Source: Camelus dromedarius
Taxonomy: Eukaryota
Direction: 5' to 3'
DNA: 64,000 bases
NCBI RefSeq assembly: GCF_036321535.1
Contig: NC_087436.1
Coordinates: 85,128,001 to 85,192,000 of the forward strand
In this document: piece by piece, positions 36,836-48,800 of the stretch
How positions within the stretch are numbered: the first letter of the stretch is position 1
Layout of the letters: each line of letters starts with the position of its first letter
Notes under the pieces: generated by a model
Told to the model about the DNA's origin: nothing
What the model saw: the letters and a program-made list of their open reading frames with translations, nothing else
Database searches by the model: none
Made by a program: the position numbers and the translations under genes

Positions 36836-39800
36836 GTATGTTTTTAGAGACTCTTTATCTTGAATTATATAAAACTATTTTAAAAATTCACAGAGTAATG
36901 GTCTATATCAAACTGATAAAAGGAATTTTATGCTTAGCTATAATTACTATTACATTCACCTTCTGTACTGAGCAAATACTGCATGATAGTAAGTACGGTA
37001 TTTTATCTAGAGCCAAATAAACAGTGTGCAACTTGTGTTCTAAATGAATCTTGAGTTATAATTTTGAATGATTTAGTCTGAACTGCTCTGAAAGAAGTTA
37101 AGACATTTGCAGATAATTTCCTTGGCACTTTCTGGAATCATCTGTCTCCTTATCTGTTGGTGCTAACCTCAGCCCTTTAAGCATCTTAGCATTTGACTGC
37201 TAAGAGGTAACTAATTAGGATTTCATTAGTTGAAATTATAATCTTTAACTCTTACTCTTGGAAAAAGGATAGACTTCCTTGTTTATTTGATTTTAAAACT
37301 TTATTTTTAATTTTTTTTACATTTTAACATCTGACATTGAGACTCATCTTAACAGTTGGCTTATCATTGTTTAATTGGTAGCATTTTTTTCTTTCTTAAT
37401 GCCACATAAAATAAGTCTTATAGTCAGTGGTATCTTAAATTTGTTAAAATATAGTAACATTTTTAAAAAACACCTATTCTTTGACAACTAATGTGCAGAA
37501 TATTGTTTTATGTCTTACTTCATTTAACTTCACAGTAATTCCATGAGATTTTACAGATGAGGAAACTAGGTCAGAGAGGTTAAGTAACTTGTTTAAGGTC
37601 ACATAGTAAGTAATGAGCTGGAATTATGACCTATGTTGGTCTGTCTGACACTAGAGTTCCTATGCTTTTATTATAGCATACTGTGTGACTCTTCCACAGG
37701 AGAGTCTTTAAGAGTTTTGTAGCTAGAGTTGGGTGCAGAAGTGACTTTTGACATCTAGGGGCAGCTTTCTTCCCTTTTCTATGACGTAAATAGTTTGGAG
37801 CAAGATATTTACCTCTGATTAAATTAAATTCTTGTTTATTATGATAGACTTTATTTATTTATTTTAATGATTATCATTTTAGTTTATTCCCTTGTAGTAT
37901 TTTTCCTGGACATTTTTTTTTGAGATATAATTCATGTGCCATAAAGTTCACTCTTTCAAAATGTACAATTCAGTCATTTTAGTAAATTTACAAAGATGGT
38001 CAAGCATCCCCACTCTAAGTCTAAAACACTTACATCACCTGCAAAAACCCAATAGCAGCTACGCTATTCTTCATCCCTTCAGCCCCGGCTCTATTTCTAT
38101 ACGTACTTATCAAAGGCATGTTTTAAAACCAGTATGAATTGCCTGCCCTGTGGTTTTTTTTTTTTTTTTCTCATTGCGGCCTTAATTTGCATTTTCTGAA
38201 ACATGTGTTTCCATATTTTTTTTATTAATAAACTTTATTTTTTAGAGTAGTTTCAGGGTCATAGCAGAATTGAGCAGAAAGTACAGATTTTGTATGTAGC
38301 CCTCCACACATATACACCCCTACCCTCAGCATCCCTCATCAGTGTGGCATATTTGGTACAAACGATGAACCAACATGGACACATTATTATTAACCAAAGT
38401 CCTTAGTTTACATTAGGGTTTACTCTTGATGTTGTACATTCTATAATAGACTTTAAAAAATGTAAGACATAGTTAAATTTAATTGTCCATATATATATCA
38501 GAAAACACATTAATAATTATTGAGTTTGAATTTATGCAATCTGTTAACTCTACAAAAATGCTAGGATAGAACTGATTTGAGTCACATGTTTCAGTTATTG
38601 CTGTTCCTTAGTGAGTCTGCTCTTTCTCTGTCGACTTTCTTTTTCTTTTAGAGATGATGGTAGTATTTTTGATGGATTGGTGGAAGAAGATGACAAGGAC
38701 AAAGCAAAAAGGTAGTTCAACTTAAGATGTAAAACAGTAAATAAATGAATAATAATTAAATGTAATAGTAAAAAATGGTAAATCAGTGATATCTAGAAGC
38801 TATCTGCGTTAAGAAGTTAGATATGTTCGCAGTGTGAAGGAGCTTAGAATATTTGTATGACATTTATAAATTGAATAAAATTATCCTCTAGAAGTGCCCT
38901 TCTCCCCACATATTGTGGTACATAAAGTTTATGTGACATCACTGGTGATGTTAGGCTTCACCACTTGTCTAAGGCAGGTTTGCCTAGATTCACCATTGTA
39001 GTTCCTGTTTTTTCCTTAACCTACACTGTTCTTTGGAAGCAGTTTGTTTAGTATAGCCCACCTTTGGAATAGGGATGGGAGAATTAAGCTTCACCTCCCA
39101 TAGGAGGGGATATCTACACATATTTGAAGTTCTTCTGTAAAAATACTTGTCTCTTTCCTATTTATATCTCTATGCACTCATATATATATTGTATAGACTC
39201 ATGGATGTGGCCAGACTCTGTGGCCTGTTGTCATTGAGTTCGTCACAAGGGCTAAGTACTTCCAACCTGAATGTAGTATGAAGTAAAGTTACTTTAATGG
39301 GTGTGATCCAGTGGTAGAGTTGGCAGTGATATTTGATTTCTATAAATTTCTTATCATGGAGCCAAAATACCTATTTTGAATTGTTGCTTCATGGAAGCTA
39401 TATGATCCTGGACATACTCTTTTTTATGGCTGAGTTGTCACACCTATAAAATGAAAAATAATAATGAAGTCTATCTCATAGGAATTAGATTTCATAATGT
39501 TTTCAGTAGTGCCTAACATATAAATACACAACAAATAACAGCTCTAAATTTTAACTCCGCCCATGTCTTCAGATGTTTCATATATACTAATTCTGAGATA
39601 CCTGTTTTCTACTTACTCCTTTCTAGAGAAATATAATTAGACCCATTATGTCTAACTTCCTCTGGTATAAGTTCTTTAAAACATCCAACAGGCAATTTCA
39701 TGATTTCTAAATTCCCCCCACACTATTTATCCACCAAAATCAGTATCTCATGTTATATTTCACTTATTGATAAACAGCATTATCAGTAACTTGGGAATCC

Positions 39801-42800
39801 TTGATTTCTCTTTTGCTTCCCCACTCTAAACCAATTTCCCTAGAATTGCTGAGTTATGCCTGTTAACCCTCAGATCCACACTGCTTTGTTAACACTGCCA
39901 CTGCCGTGGTTTATAGGCTAGGATATTGCAGTTGCCTCCTAAATGGTCATCTGACCATTTGGTCTTGTTCGGCATACAGTAAGTTTTCAGTAGTATTTGT
40001 TAAATGAATTTGTTTTGCCAAGCACTGGTCCTTTCATTACTCTAATGCTGAAATGGTCTGATTAACAAGCAATTCTCTTCATGTCATTTCTTTGCTTAAA
40101 ACCTTTCAGTGCCTTCCCATATCTTTCAGGATTAAACTAAAATCCTTTTTCATAGCATAAAAATTTCATAATTTTTTTCAGTACTGCCCCACTTGCTCCC
40201 CATCCACAGCCTAACTCCAACATAATTGGGCACAGAAAGCCTGTACACGAGCCACTTAGCCATGCCGAGCTACTTGTGATAGGTTTTTGTTTTTGTACAA
40301 GGTTACTATGTCTAAAATGTCCTACTCACCCCAACTGTCATCCCTTTCTCACTCAGGCTCCATGACTCAATTCGGCACACTTAGGAGTTTCCATAGGAGT
40401 TAGATGAATTTCTTGAAACGGCTTATCATTCCCCAGTTATTTCCCGCCCTTATTAGCACAGTCTCTGTCATTATAACAAAGCACTCAATGCTTGGTGAGG
40501 GAGTCAGTTCATTTGTGTTATGTTTCTTAAGAGATTTGAACAGTTGTATTTTTTCACAGTGCTAGTATAGAATACATGCTTCTTCTTTATTGAAGTAAAG
40601 TTAAATTAAATTAGTAGAATTATCCTCTGACCTTTGGGGAAAGTATTATACTTTGCTTAAACAAAAATTGAATTCTGAAATACAACTTCACAAAGCAGAT
40701 AATTAGAAATATTATAGAATGATTAATTGCCCTGTAAATAATTGTATTTACTTACCTCTAGAGGTCTTAGTGCAACTTAGAGTTTGTTTACAGGTTACTG
40801 CTTCACACGGAACAGTGGGAATTATTCACTTAGCACATATATTTTGAGCACTTACTGTTTGTTAGGTGTTATGCTTAAGTGCTTAGATGAAAAAATTTGG
40901 GCTCTGTTACCAAGAAGCCCACAGCCAAATGGAGAGACAGATATGCAAATAAGTGGTTACAGCTCTGTTCTGGAGGCTGGGATGGAGGAATAAAGAGGAA
41001 GAATATGTGGGTAAACCTGAGGGTAGGGAGATTTTCATTTTTAGATTTCTGTTTGTAGTTTAAAACTTACAGAAGATGAATAACTTTCTCCTATTCAGTA
41101 ATTATTAGTAATTTGTATTTATACATTATATGTACTTTCACAGTATATCTCAGTAATATTCATAATAACCTCATTAGGAAAATACCAGTTCTTGATAAAT
41201 AATGACATTAAATTAAACCTGAGATTTGAATGTAATTTGTCTTACTCACATTTTCATTAAAACATGTATGCCAAATGCTTAATATGTTTCTTTAGTGATA
41301 AATTGAGAAGAAAAATTATTGTCCTAATTAAATGTATATTGTAACCTAGGAAATAATATTTATTACTATCCATATTGACAGAAGTAACATGCCATGTGGT
41401 TGTGTCAATATTGAGCATTGTATTAAACTACTTGTGTAATTAAATGGATTGTTTGAAAACTGCTTATTTAATTTTTTATTTCATCAGAGTATCTAGAAAC
41501 AAATCTGAGAAGAAACGTAGAGATCAATTTAATGTTCTCATCAAAGAATTGGGATCCATGCTTCCTGGTAATGCTAGAAAGATGGATAAATCTACTGTTC
41601 TACAGAAGAGCATTGATTTTTTACGAAAACATAAAGGTAAATTTTTAATTTTGTAAAATGGATTTATTTAAAATAACAGATCCTCTCTTAAAGCATAATG
41701 TGATATAATCTTGGCAGTAAAGATTGGATGCTTCCTAAAATTTTTTTAAGAGGAAGAAATAATAATTGCCTTTTTAAAGATTTCCTAATATGTTCTTTCT
41801 TTCATTCAACAAACATTTATTTAGTGCCTACTGTATCCTAGTAGGTTAACAGTCCTGACCTTCGAGTAACTCAAGCCAAGGGAGAGAAACATATAAACAG
41901 CTAATTACAATGAAGATAATTATAATGTGAGTAGTGCTTGTAAACCATAAACTTTATGTGAGAACACAGAGGAAAGAATGTGTCAGTAAAAAAGTAGTTG
42001 ATTTTTCAACTGAGTCTTCCTTTTAGATTAACTAAGAAAAACAGCAGTTCACATGAGGAAATAGCATGTACCAAACCAGAGAAGCTGGGAGAGTTCAGTT
42101 TAACTGGAGCATAGTTTGAGTTGGAAAATTATGGGTCTATTTGAAAGCAAGGGAAGAGTACGATTGAGAGGGTCTTACATATCATTTTAAAAGGGCTTCA
42201 GTGTATATTTAGGGAATAAACACTGTGTTTTAAAGTGATTATTTGTTAATAAGTCATGAAAAGAAAAATTTTAAGAATATTAAGTATTTTGGTAATATAA
42301 TAATTGGAAAACTTGTAAAAGGACATTTCGTTTTAGATACAAATGAAACTGCAAAACTTCTCAAAAGGAGAATTTATAACTAGTGTCTCTTTCTTGCGGG
42401 CTCACTGTGGAATGCATTATTAGCCTGGTTTATGACCCACCACTCTTTAAAATTATTTTTGTTAATTTCACTAATGCCATCACCCCCACTCCTCATGCCC
42501 TCTTCTGCCAATGAAGCAGTAGCTTTTTCTTATACCTCATCCTCTTCAGCATCTCTGAAGCACTGGACATTTTCATTTATCCTCCACTGGCTTTCTTTGC
42601 CCTTGGCCTGAGTTACTCTACACTTCTTCATTCACTTCCCCCCTCCCTAACTGAGCTGATTTCTTTCCTCTTTCTTTTTCTGTCCTCTAAATGTAACAGT
42701 TCTCAAGTCTTTTGTGCTTTTGCCTTTTTTTTTTTTTAAACACTGGTTCCGTTGGTTATCTCAGTTCATAGCTTCAGCTCTTGCCTCTCTATTAAACTGC

Positions 42801-45800
42801 TAAATCTGTATTTTTAGATGCAAACTTTTCATTCTTTTATTTCCAGGTAACTTCTGGATCTTTCTTGTGCATGTCCTCAAACTCAGTGCATCTAAAACTG
42901 AACTCATTTTCATTTTGTCAGGTCACCTGTTTCTCTCAACTTTCTTGTTTTCATTTTTATACCACCATCCTTTCAATTCCCCAGGACTCAGACCTGAAAA
43001 GTTATTTTAAATCTTCCTTAGTATAGTATCACAGTGGCCAAATTTTGTTGATTCTTCTGTAAATGTGTCAGAATTGCTTGTCTTCATTTTTATTGCCACC
43101 ATCATCATTACATTTTACCTCTACAGATAGTATTTTCACTAACCTCAGTGTCCCTTGCAAGATGGCACATTCAGTCCCTCAGACATTTTAGGAGTTCAAT
43201 AAATGATTGTTGAATGAAATGAAGTAATATGCATGCATAATTATTTCACCCTGACAAAAGAGGACTAATTTTGGCATTAAGTAGGTAAGTTTTTTCAAAA
43301 TTGGATATATGATTCTCACAAAAATAAAATTTACCTTAAATTGAAAGGTAATTTTTATATACTTATTGCTCTAAAAATAAACCTGTGTTTAACTAAACTT
43401 ACTGGGATTTGTTTGTGGATTAAGTCCTTTTTTCTGAATATATATAATTGATGTGAATTTGAAAAGCATGACTGTATTGCACAGAATCAGTAGCTCTACT
43501 TCACAGTTACTCTTTATATCTAGTAAAGACATTTCCAGTATGCCAGATTTGGGATACCAATTTAATATGCCATATTTACATATCTGGTCAAACAACTTAG
43601 TCCATATTTTTCATTGCAAAGTAGAGTATATTTTGTAGAGTAAAATCTGTGATACAGGTTTTTATTTTACCTGTTTTAATATATCTGCATTTAAAAATGG
43701 AAAAATGTTTATTGCCTAAGTAGTTCAGATTTTATCATTTATGAATAGCTTTCTTATAACTAAATCCATTAGAAGTATGTTACAAAATAAACTATAAAAA
43801 TTGTTAAAATGTATACCCCAAGCCAAGGATCTCCAAAGTTTTGACCAACTTCCTACTGCTAGGAAACATGCAAGAAGACACTAAGTAGAATCAATCTGGG
43901 ATTATTACTATAAAGTTTTTGCCTAAAGTCTTAATTCAGTCTCATTGATTAATTAAGAGTAACGCACTTCAGACTGGGAAGAATCTTTCTGCTTGGCAAT
44001 AGGCAAGCCTAACATCTTCTTTTCTAAAAGCAGACTGACTGGCCTCCTTGACACCTTTACTCCAAGTTCACATCCTTATATCTTCTCTAGGTACTACCAT
44101 TTGAATAGCAAGAAAAAGGAAGGGGAAAAAAGAGTATGTTCCTAATGCTTGATCTAATCTGCTTGTTCTGATTCTTGTTTGGTCATTGTGTCAAGGAGGA
44201 AGCAGTCTCAGGCCTGTCAGCAGCACAGGCTCTCAAAGCCCCCCAGAGAAAATCCAAAGAGGCTAGTATTTTTAAGAGACTAAATCTAAGGAGATAACTT
44301 GCTGTATTAGCTCAAATATTTTTCATCGTACCAAAACTTGTACCTCCTGATACCTACCTAGACCAGTAAATTTTATTGCCTATGGTTCTTTAGAGTGGGA
44401 GAAGAGAAGGCAACTTGTAGGACTTCTGTACTCTGTCTACCCCACTGTCCCAAACTTTTGGTTGGACTATGCCACTAATGTGTCAATCTGTTTGCAGAAA
44501 TCACTGCACAGTCAGATGCTAGTGAAATTCGACAGGACTGGAAACCTACATTCCTTAGTAATGAAGAGTTTACGCAATTAATGTTAGAGGTATGTCCGTA
44601 TTTAATTTTTGAAGTTTATTTTCCTTAAAAAAGAAATCACAGGGGTTACTAATTTTAGTACAGTTTTAACGATATTAATTTAATATTTAAAAACCATAAT
44701 TCAATGTAAATCAGTAAGCTATCTCTTCAGTTAAAATTAGTAGATGTAAATATTATAAGGAAATAGTACTATGTGGTAAAATAATTTCAAATTTTCATAT
44801 TTTCATTATTATCTGAATTTTTGAGAGGCTTAATAAAAGTTCAGAAATCAAATAATACTTCCAATTTTGTTAAATTTTTTCTCTAAAAAGTAATAATTTG
44901 TTTTCAAAGATGACAGTCTAGCTTCATGCAAGAAAAGCATGTTCTTAACAAGAGATACCTAATTATCTCTTTAGATATAAATATGTTTATGAAAGGGTAC
45001 ACACAAGCTGATGTCTTCAACAAAAAAAAGGAAATAAACTCATTTAATTACTCTTTAATTTTTAATTTATGGTATTTTTCAGTGTAATCATTTAATAAGA
45101 TCTGTGTTAGTTATAAACTACCCTGCTTTATTGGTATGAAAAATTTCTTACAAAGTTATAAATTGTTGTAATATCTATACTTACTTACTAATAACCTTAA
45201 TGAAGGTAAATTACCTGTTTACTAATAAGCTAAGTAGAAAGCATTGTCTTCAGATTTTTCTTTACGATGAACAGATTTTTAATTTATTTTTTAATGGAGA
45301 TACTGAGGATTGAACCCAGGACCTCATGCACACTAAGCATGAGCTCTACCACTGAGCTTATTTCCCTCCTGCTATGAACAGATTTTTTTAAATTAATTGC
45401 CAAGACACATGTAGTGCATACATAGATAAATATCAAAGACAAATAAAATATTCTAGAGATTATAACATTACATATAATATGCAACAGAAAATTTAAACAT
45501 TAAAATTTTGAAAATATAAATTAGTTGTCTCATGATTTCCTCACAGCTTTTAAAATTACATATCTGAAAAATATTACATTTAAAAATTTTTAACATGTCA
45601 AGCATATTTTTTATTTTTAGTGTATGTTTACACCTATTAAGTAAATACATGTTTTAATGTTAATATGCCAAAATTGAAGGATATGTATAAATGTGTGTAT
45701 ATATTGTAACCTGGGTCCAGCTAACCTAGTTGTGTTACTGTTGGCTAGTTATGTTGATCAGATTACAGATGGGCAGTCTGGATACCCTTCTCAGCAGAAT

Positions 45801-48800
45801 TTCAGATGTAGGCTATATCTTGGAATGTTAGAGCTGCTAGTAGAAGAGTTGAGATCATTCAGGTCAACTTCTTCCTTTTACCAGTGAGGCCTGAAGAGGA
45901 TGCAGCTTGTTCAAGGTCAGATGGCTAATTAATCGAAGAACTGAGACTAAGATCTTAAAATTCACTTACACCTTGTATGTTGGCTATCTCTCTCCATTCT
46001 TCCATTGCCACCTATCCCACTCCCTCTTATCTCTGTTACCTAAGGAATATTCCTTGCTACCCTTGATAGTAGGCGGTAGAGGGGTGTGGGAGGGTGTGGT
46101 TTGCCTGACTAAACCTCTATGCAAAGTCTCTCTGTGAGAAGTCACCTAGTAAGGAGTTCTTTCCCCTTAGCAGCTGGCAGCTCTCTTCAGTACTCTACAA
46201 GGAAAGGGTCAGTGCCTTATCTGCCTCATCAGAAGGAGGTACTGTCCCTTTCCCTAGAACTTTCATCCAGTCTTCCCAGATTAAACACTCAGTAAGTAAA
46301 CTATGAAGGTTTACACAGGCCTTTTGTTGAGGGTCAAGTAGATATCAAATAGGAAGATGAATTTTAATGAATGAACCCTTTCCTTTCTATCACACAGTGT
46401 GAGGCAAGGGGTACGGTTCACAGTCTTCAGTCTCGGGATGAATATGTCCTTCTCTGTCTTGCTCTTCCTTCCATATCTGTCTGATCTTCCTCCTCAAGGC
46501 CCCTTCAGTTTTTGGTATACCTACCTACCTTACTGGGAAATTAAATCCTTCCATTCAAAAGAAGTCTGATTCTTTCTTGTGTTAACACTTGGCCAGATGC
46601 TTGTGGAGGCTTTTCTTTACTGAATCTTTGCCTGCTTTTAAAGAGGAAGGGGCAGGCTCTGGTTCTAGGAATGGGATTAAGTCATTAAGAGTTCTGATTT
46701 TAGTTTATTCTCTTTACAGAAGAGAGCTGCATCCCAGTTCTAGGGAATATCCTAAGAGCAAATAGAGATCATCATTGAAAATAATAATTTGTTTTCAAAG
46801 ATAACACTGTCTAGCTTCACTCGAGAAAAGCGTGTTCTTGATAACATTTTGACCCTTTTCGTTATGAAATAATACCAGCATTTATTGTACCAAAGAGTTT
46901 TTGTAAAAATTTAATGAATTTGCTTAAATTACAAGTTTCACCCTTTCCCCTTACATTAGCCAGGAATGAGTTTGTCTGAGCCATTCTAGAAGATAGACAT
47001 CTACACAAAATAAGTTCTTTCTAATATCCAAATTTCTTCCTCAATAGAAGGGGTGGGGGGGATGCCTTTTTCCATACATTCAACGATTGCTTAGAATTAG
47101 AGGGAGGTTGCTTAAAACGTCAGATTCATAAATTACATGCAAGTATTTTTATTTGCCATGTGCCAAACATATGCTAGGTGCTACAGATACAGTGTTCATG
47201 TAGTTCTTACCCAGAGATTGCTATCATTTGAGAGAACCCTATACTTAAAACAAGAAATTCAAATTTAGTTTGATAAATACTTTGGTAGGAGAAGAGAACT
47301 CTTCTTATGGTTTATCTCTGATGCTGTATGTCTTCAACATCTTTTTCATTGAATCTTCTTTTCCTTCAGCCTGCAAATATATTTCAGTTACTATTTTAAA
47401 AAATGACTTCCCTTGATACTTAGTCCCCTTAAAATGAGACCTCTCATGAACTTTAGAAGGGAAGAGTGGTTTATAATAGCCTTCTGATCATCCACCCATC
47501 TCTAAACTCATTGTAGTGTGACTCACCTTCCTACTGATATCAGTGACTCTTGAAAGTCACCAAAATTCAGTTTTATTTTCTCATTCCTTATCTTAATTGA
47601 TCTCCTTTTATACTGAACCATCGCTCTTCCTCCTCACTCACTTTGTCATTCTTTCCCCTATTGGCTTCGTTGACAGCAGTGCATTTTGTCTTCTCTGTCA
47701 TTTTCTCTGGCACTTTTCCTCCTCCTCATCCCCTTAAGTAGATAATTCCCCAAGGATTTGTCTTTGGCATTCTCCTCTCTTTTGCAGACCTCATTTCTTC
47801 AGCTGCCACTTTGGTACCTAGGATTCTTAAATGAAAAACTTTGTAATATGTATTAAGGTACAGGATTTCCTTTAATATTAACTGTTCTTCCCCTGTGCTG
47901 ATTTCTCTCCTGAACTCTAACATCACATTTCTTAATGATTGCCTAAATCCTTTCTTCTCTCTTCTTACTGCTGCGAATTTCATTTGAATTCTCATTAACT
48001 TTCCCAACTATTCTGAAAGCCACTTAGTATTTTCTTCTTAATTCTCTTTTCCTCTGAATCCACATTACACACTGCTTCCAGACTGTTCTTGAACAAAATC
48101 CTCATGTCTTACCCTGGTATTCAAGGCCTTTCACGATCTGACCTCAGTCTACGTTTTCAGTAGACTAAGGCTAATTTCCCTTTCACTTTATTCCACACAT
48201 ACCTTCCTGTGCTTCATTCACATACTTCTCTGTCAATATATCCAAAAAGTGATAATGTATTCTTTTGTGTGCCGAAGACTTATTATCAATAGCATGTGTG
48301 CTTTGGAAATACTAGCATCTTCAAATAAGGCCATCTTCATATAATAACTAATATGCTAAAAGTGGAAGAACATTAAGTCTATCTTCTAGAAACCAACAAT
48401 TCAATAATGGCCATAGTTTTGTTTGTTTTTTCTTCTTTTTTTTTTCCCCCAGCAGCATTTTAAAATGCACAAAAATAGGTACTAAGGTAGTAAAGGGGAA
48501 AAGCTAACATTTTGACAGTGCTCTGGAAATTTCCACAGTAAGCCCTTTGTCATTTATTTTAGGTTTTTATTTCTGTCCTGTGAAATACATTTTTCTTTTC
48601 ATTTAACTGACCATTATGTTTAATTTCAGGCTCTTGATGGTTTTTTTTTAGCAATCATGACAGATGGAAGCATAATCTATGTGTCTGAGAGTGTAACTTC
48701 ATTACTTGAACACTTACCAGTAAGTATAAAAATGCTGTAATCTCTTTCTTATTTAGTGCCTATTTTAAATATTCTAAAGCCCTTGGAAGTGGACAAGTTG

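Noticed and set aside
38215..39200. Old L1 pieces on both sides of coding exon 2, as if one element were split by the exon
   Set aside because: The two pieces resemble different L1M subfamily 3' ends, so independent insertions are simpler.
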